From Camelus ferus (lineage: Eukaryota): a stretch of DNA of 64,000 nucleotides. The notes under the pieces were generated by a model. The model saw nothing but the letters and a program-made list of their open reading frames with translations. It did no database searches and was not told where the DNA came from. This document shows, piece by piece, positions 63,201 to 64,000 of the stretch; the stretch's first letter is position 1; every line of letters begins with the position of its first letter. The position numbers were made by a program, and so were the translations under genes. The stretch is taken from contig NC_045696.1 of assembly GCF_009834535.1 (NCBI RefSeq), positions 22,570,001 to 22,634,000 on the forward strand, read 5' to 3'.

Positions 63201-63570
63201 CCCTCTGGAGACCTCTGTGTTCTCTCTCAAGTAGCTGCCTCTCAGCCCTGTGAATCCGAGGTGTATTGGCCTCTCTAGACTCTGAATTTGTCTTTCAACT
63301 CAGAAATACCTTCGGGCTCTCTTTCAGTTCCCTTTCCCTGTGCTATGTTATGAAAACTTCTCTAGATAGTGTGGGGCAATCGTAGAGCTCACCTTGTCCC
63401 TCTCCCCCGCTCCACCCCTGTACCTCAGAGGTCATCATTTCTTGCTGCCTATTGTTCAATATTGAATATCATTGATTTTTAAAAATATTTTGCTGTTTTT
63501 TTTAGTTAAGACAAGGTATTAAGTCTTAGCCATATTATTTCATTCTTCCTGGAGGCAGAAGTAAAAACAG
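60300..63570 (-). mobile_element. Old L1 (L1MB/MD-type) composite fragments, 3'UTR back to ORF1/5' region
   Basis: 3' end tagctttgagatgaaattgatgtaca...; ORF2 motifs attttacattcctaccagcaatg and tttctagtttaattgaactgtggtcagac; 5'-region-like sequence beyond ~62.8 kb. Confidence 0.8.
61279..61498. mobile_element. MER58A-like hAT MITE nested in L1
   Basis: caagggttgacaaact...aagggccagagagtgaatattttaggcttt...aataaaactttatttaca...gatacctg. Degenerate 8-bp TSD TTCTGGAT / TTCTAGGT. Confidence 0.85.
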
Positions 63571-64000
63571 ATCACTTTTTTAATGCTAGTCTTACCCTAG
63601 ACATAATGAGAAGTCTGATTCAGGTAGGTTCAGGTTTTGACAACATCAAGTGACCAATTATTTTTAATGCTATTGTATATACCTTTCACCCATTTAAAGT
63701 CTTCTTTTCTATTCTACCCACTTTAGGAGACAATCTAGGTTAAACCCAACTTTCCACATATTTAGTGTCTACACCTGTGCTATTGAACATCCTTGGAAAA
63801 AACACACAAGTAGGACAGATGTTCCCCCTTAAAATTCATGATCATTAACATATTCCTCTTAAGGTCGAAGACTAATATCAAGGTTGTTGAAGAAAATAAA
63901 ACAGTTAAAATAGAGCAATTTGAAGAGTGTTACATAATCTTTATCTTCATAACTGGACAGAGTAAATGTTGCACAAGTGAATCCAATATACAGTTCCTGC

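Noticed and set aside
1..64000. CRISPR arrays, operons or prokaryotic defence systems
   Set aside because: The sequence is mammalian, and there are no regularly spaced repeats or gene-dense architecture.

Overview
Mammalian genomic DNA, AT-rich and dense in repeats. It is almost certainly camelid (alpaca, llama or camel), judged from three tRNA-derived Vic-1-type SINEs. I could not recognise any intact host protein-coding gene, rRNA, tRNA or CRISPR array. The only ORFs with recognisable homology are transposon remnants: LINE-1 ORF1/ORF2, Tigger1 transposase and ERVL gag. The window holds layered insertions: young and old L1, L2, MIR, MaLR/ERVL LTRs, hAT MERs, MADE2 and a ~2 kb Tigger1. The most interesting unexplained signal is a set of minus-strand, GT-AG-bounded exon-like segments in unique sequence at ~20.1-22.4 kb, ~28.6-29.2 kb and ~31.8-32.2 kb. 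Their translations look protein-like but carry stops and frameshifts, which would fit a decayed multi-exon gene; I could not assign a family. Other candidates are minus-strand non-coding or alternative exons (0.17-0.9 kb, 50.6 kb, 55.05 kb), a CpG-retaining element with a GAAA-loop hairpin at ~1.3 kb, a homeobox-motif-rich possible conserved element at ~28 kb, and a palindromic nuclear-receptor-like site at 55.8 kb. Repeat subfamily names come from recalled consensus sequences, and boundaries are approximate unless a target-site duplication (TSD) is quoted.
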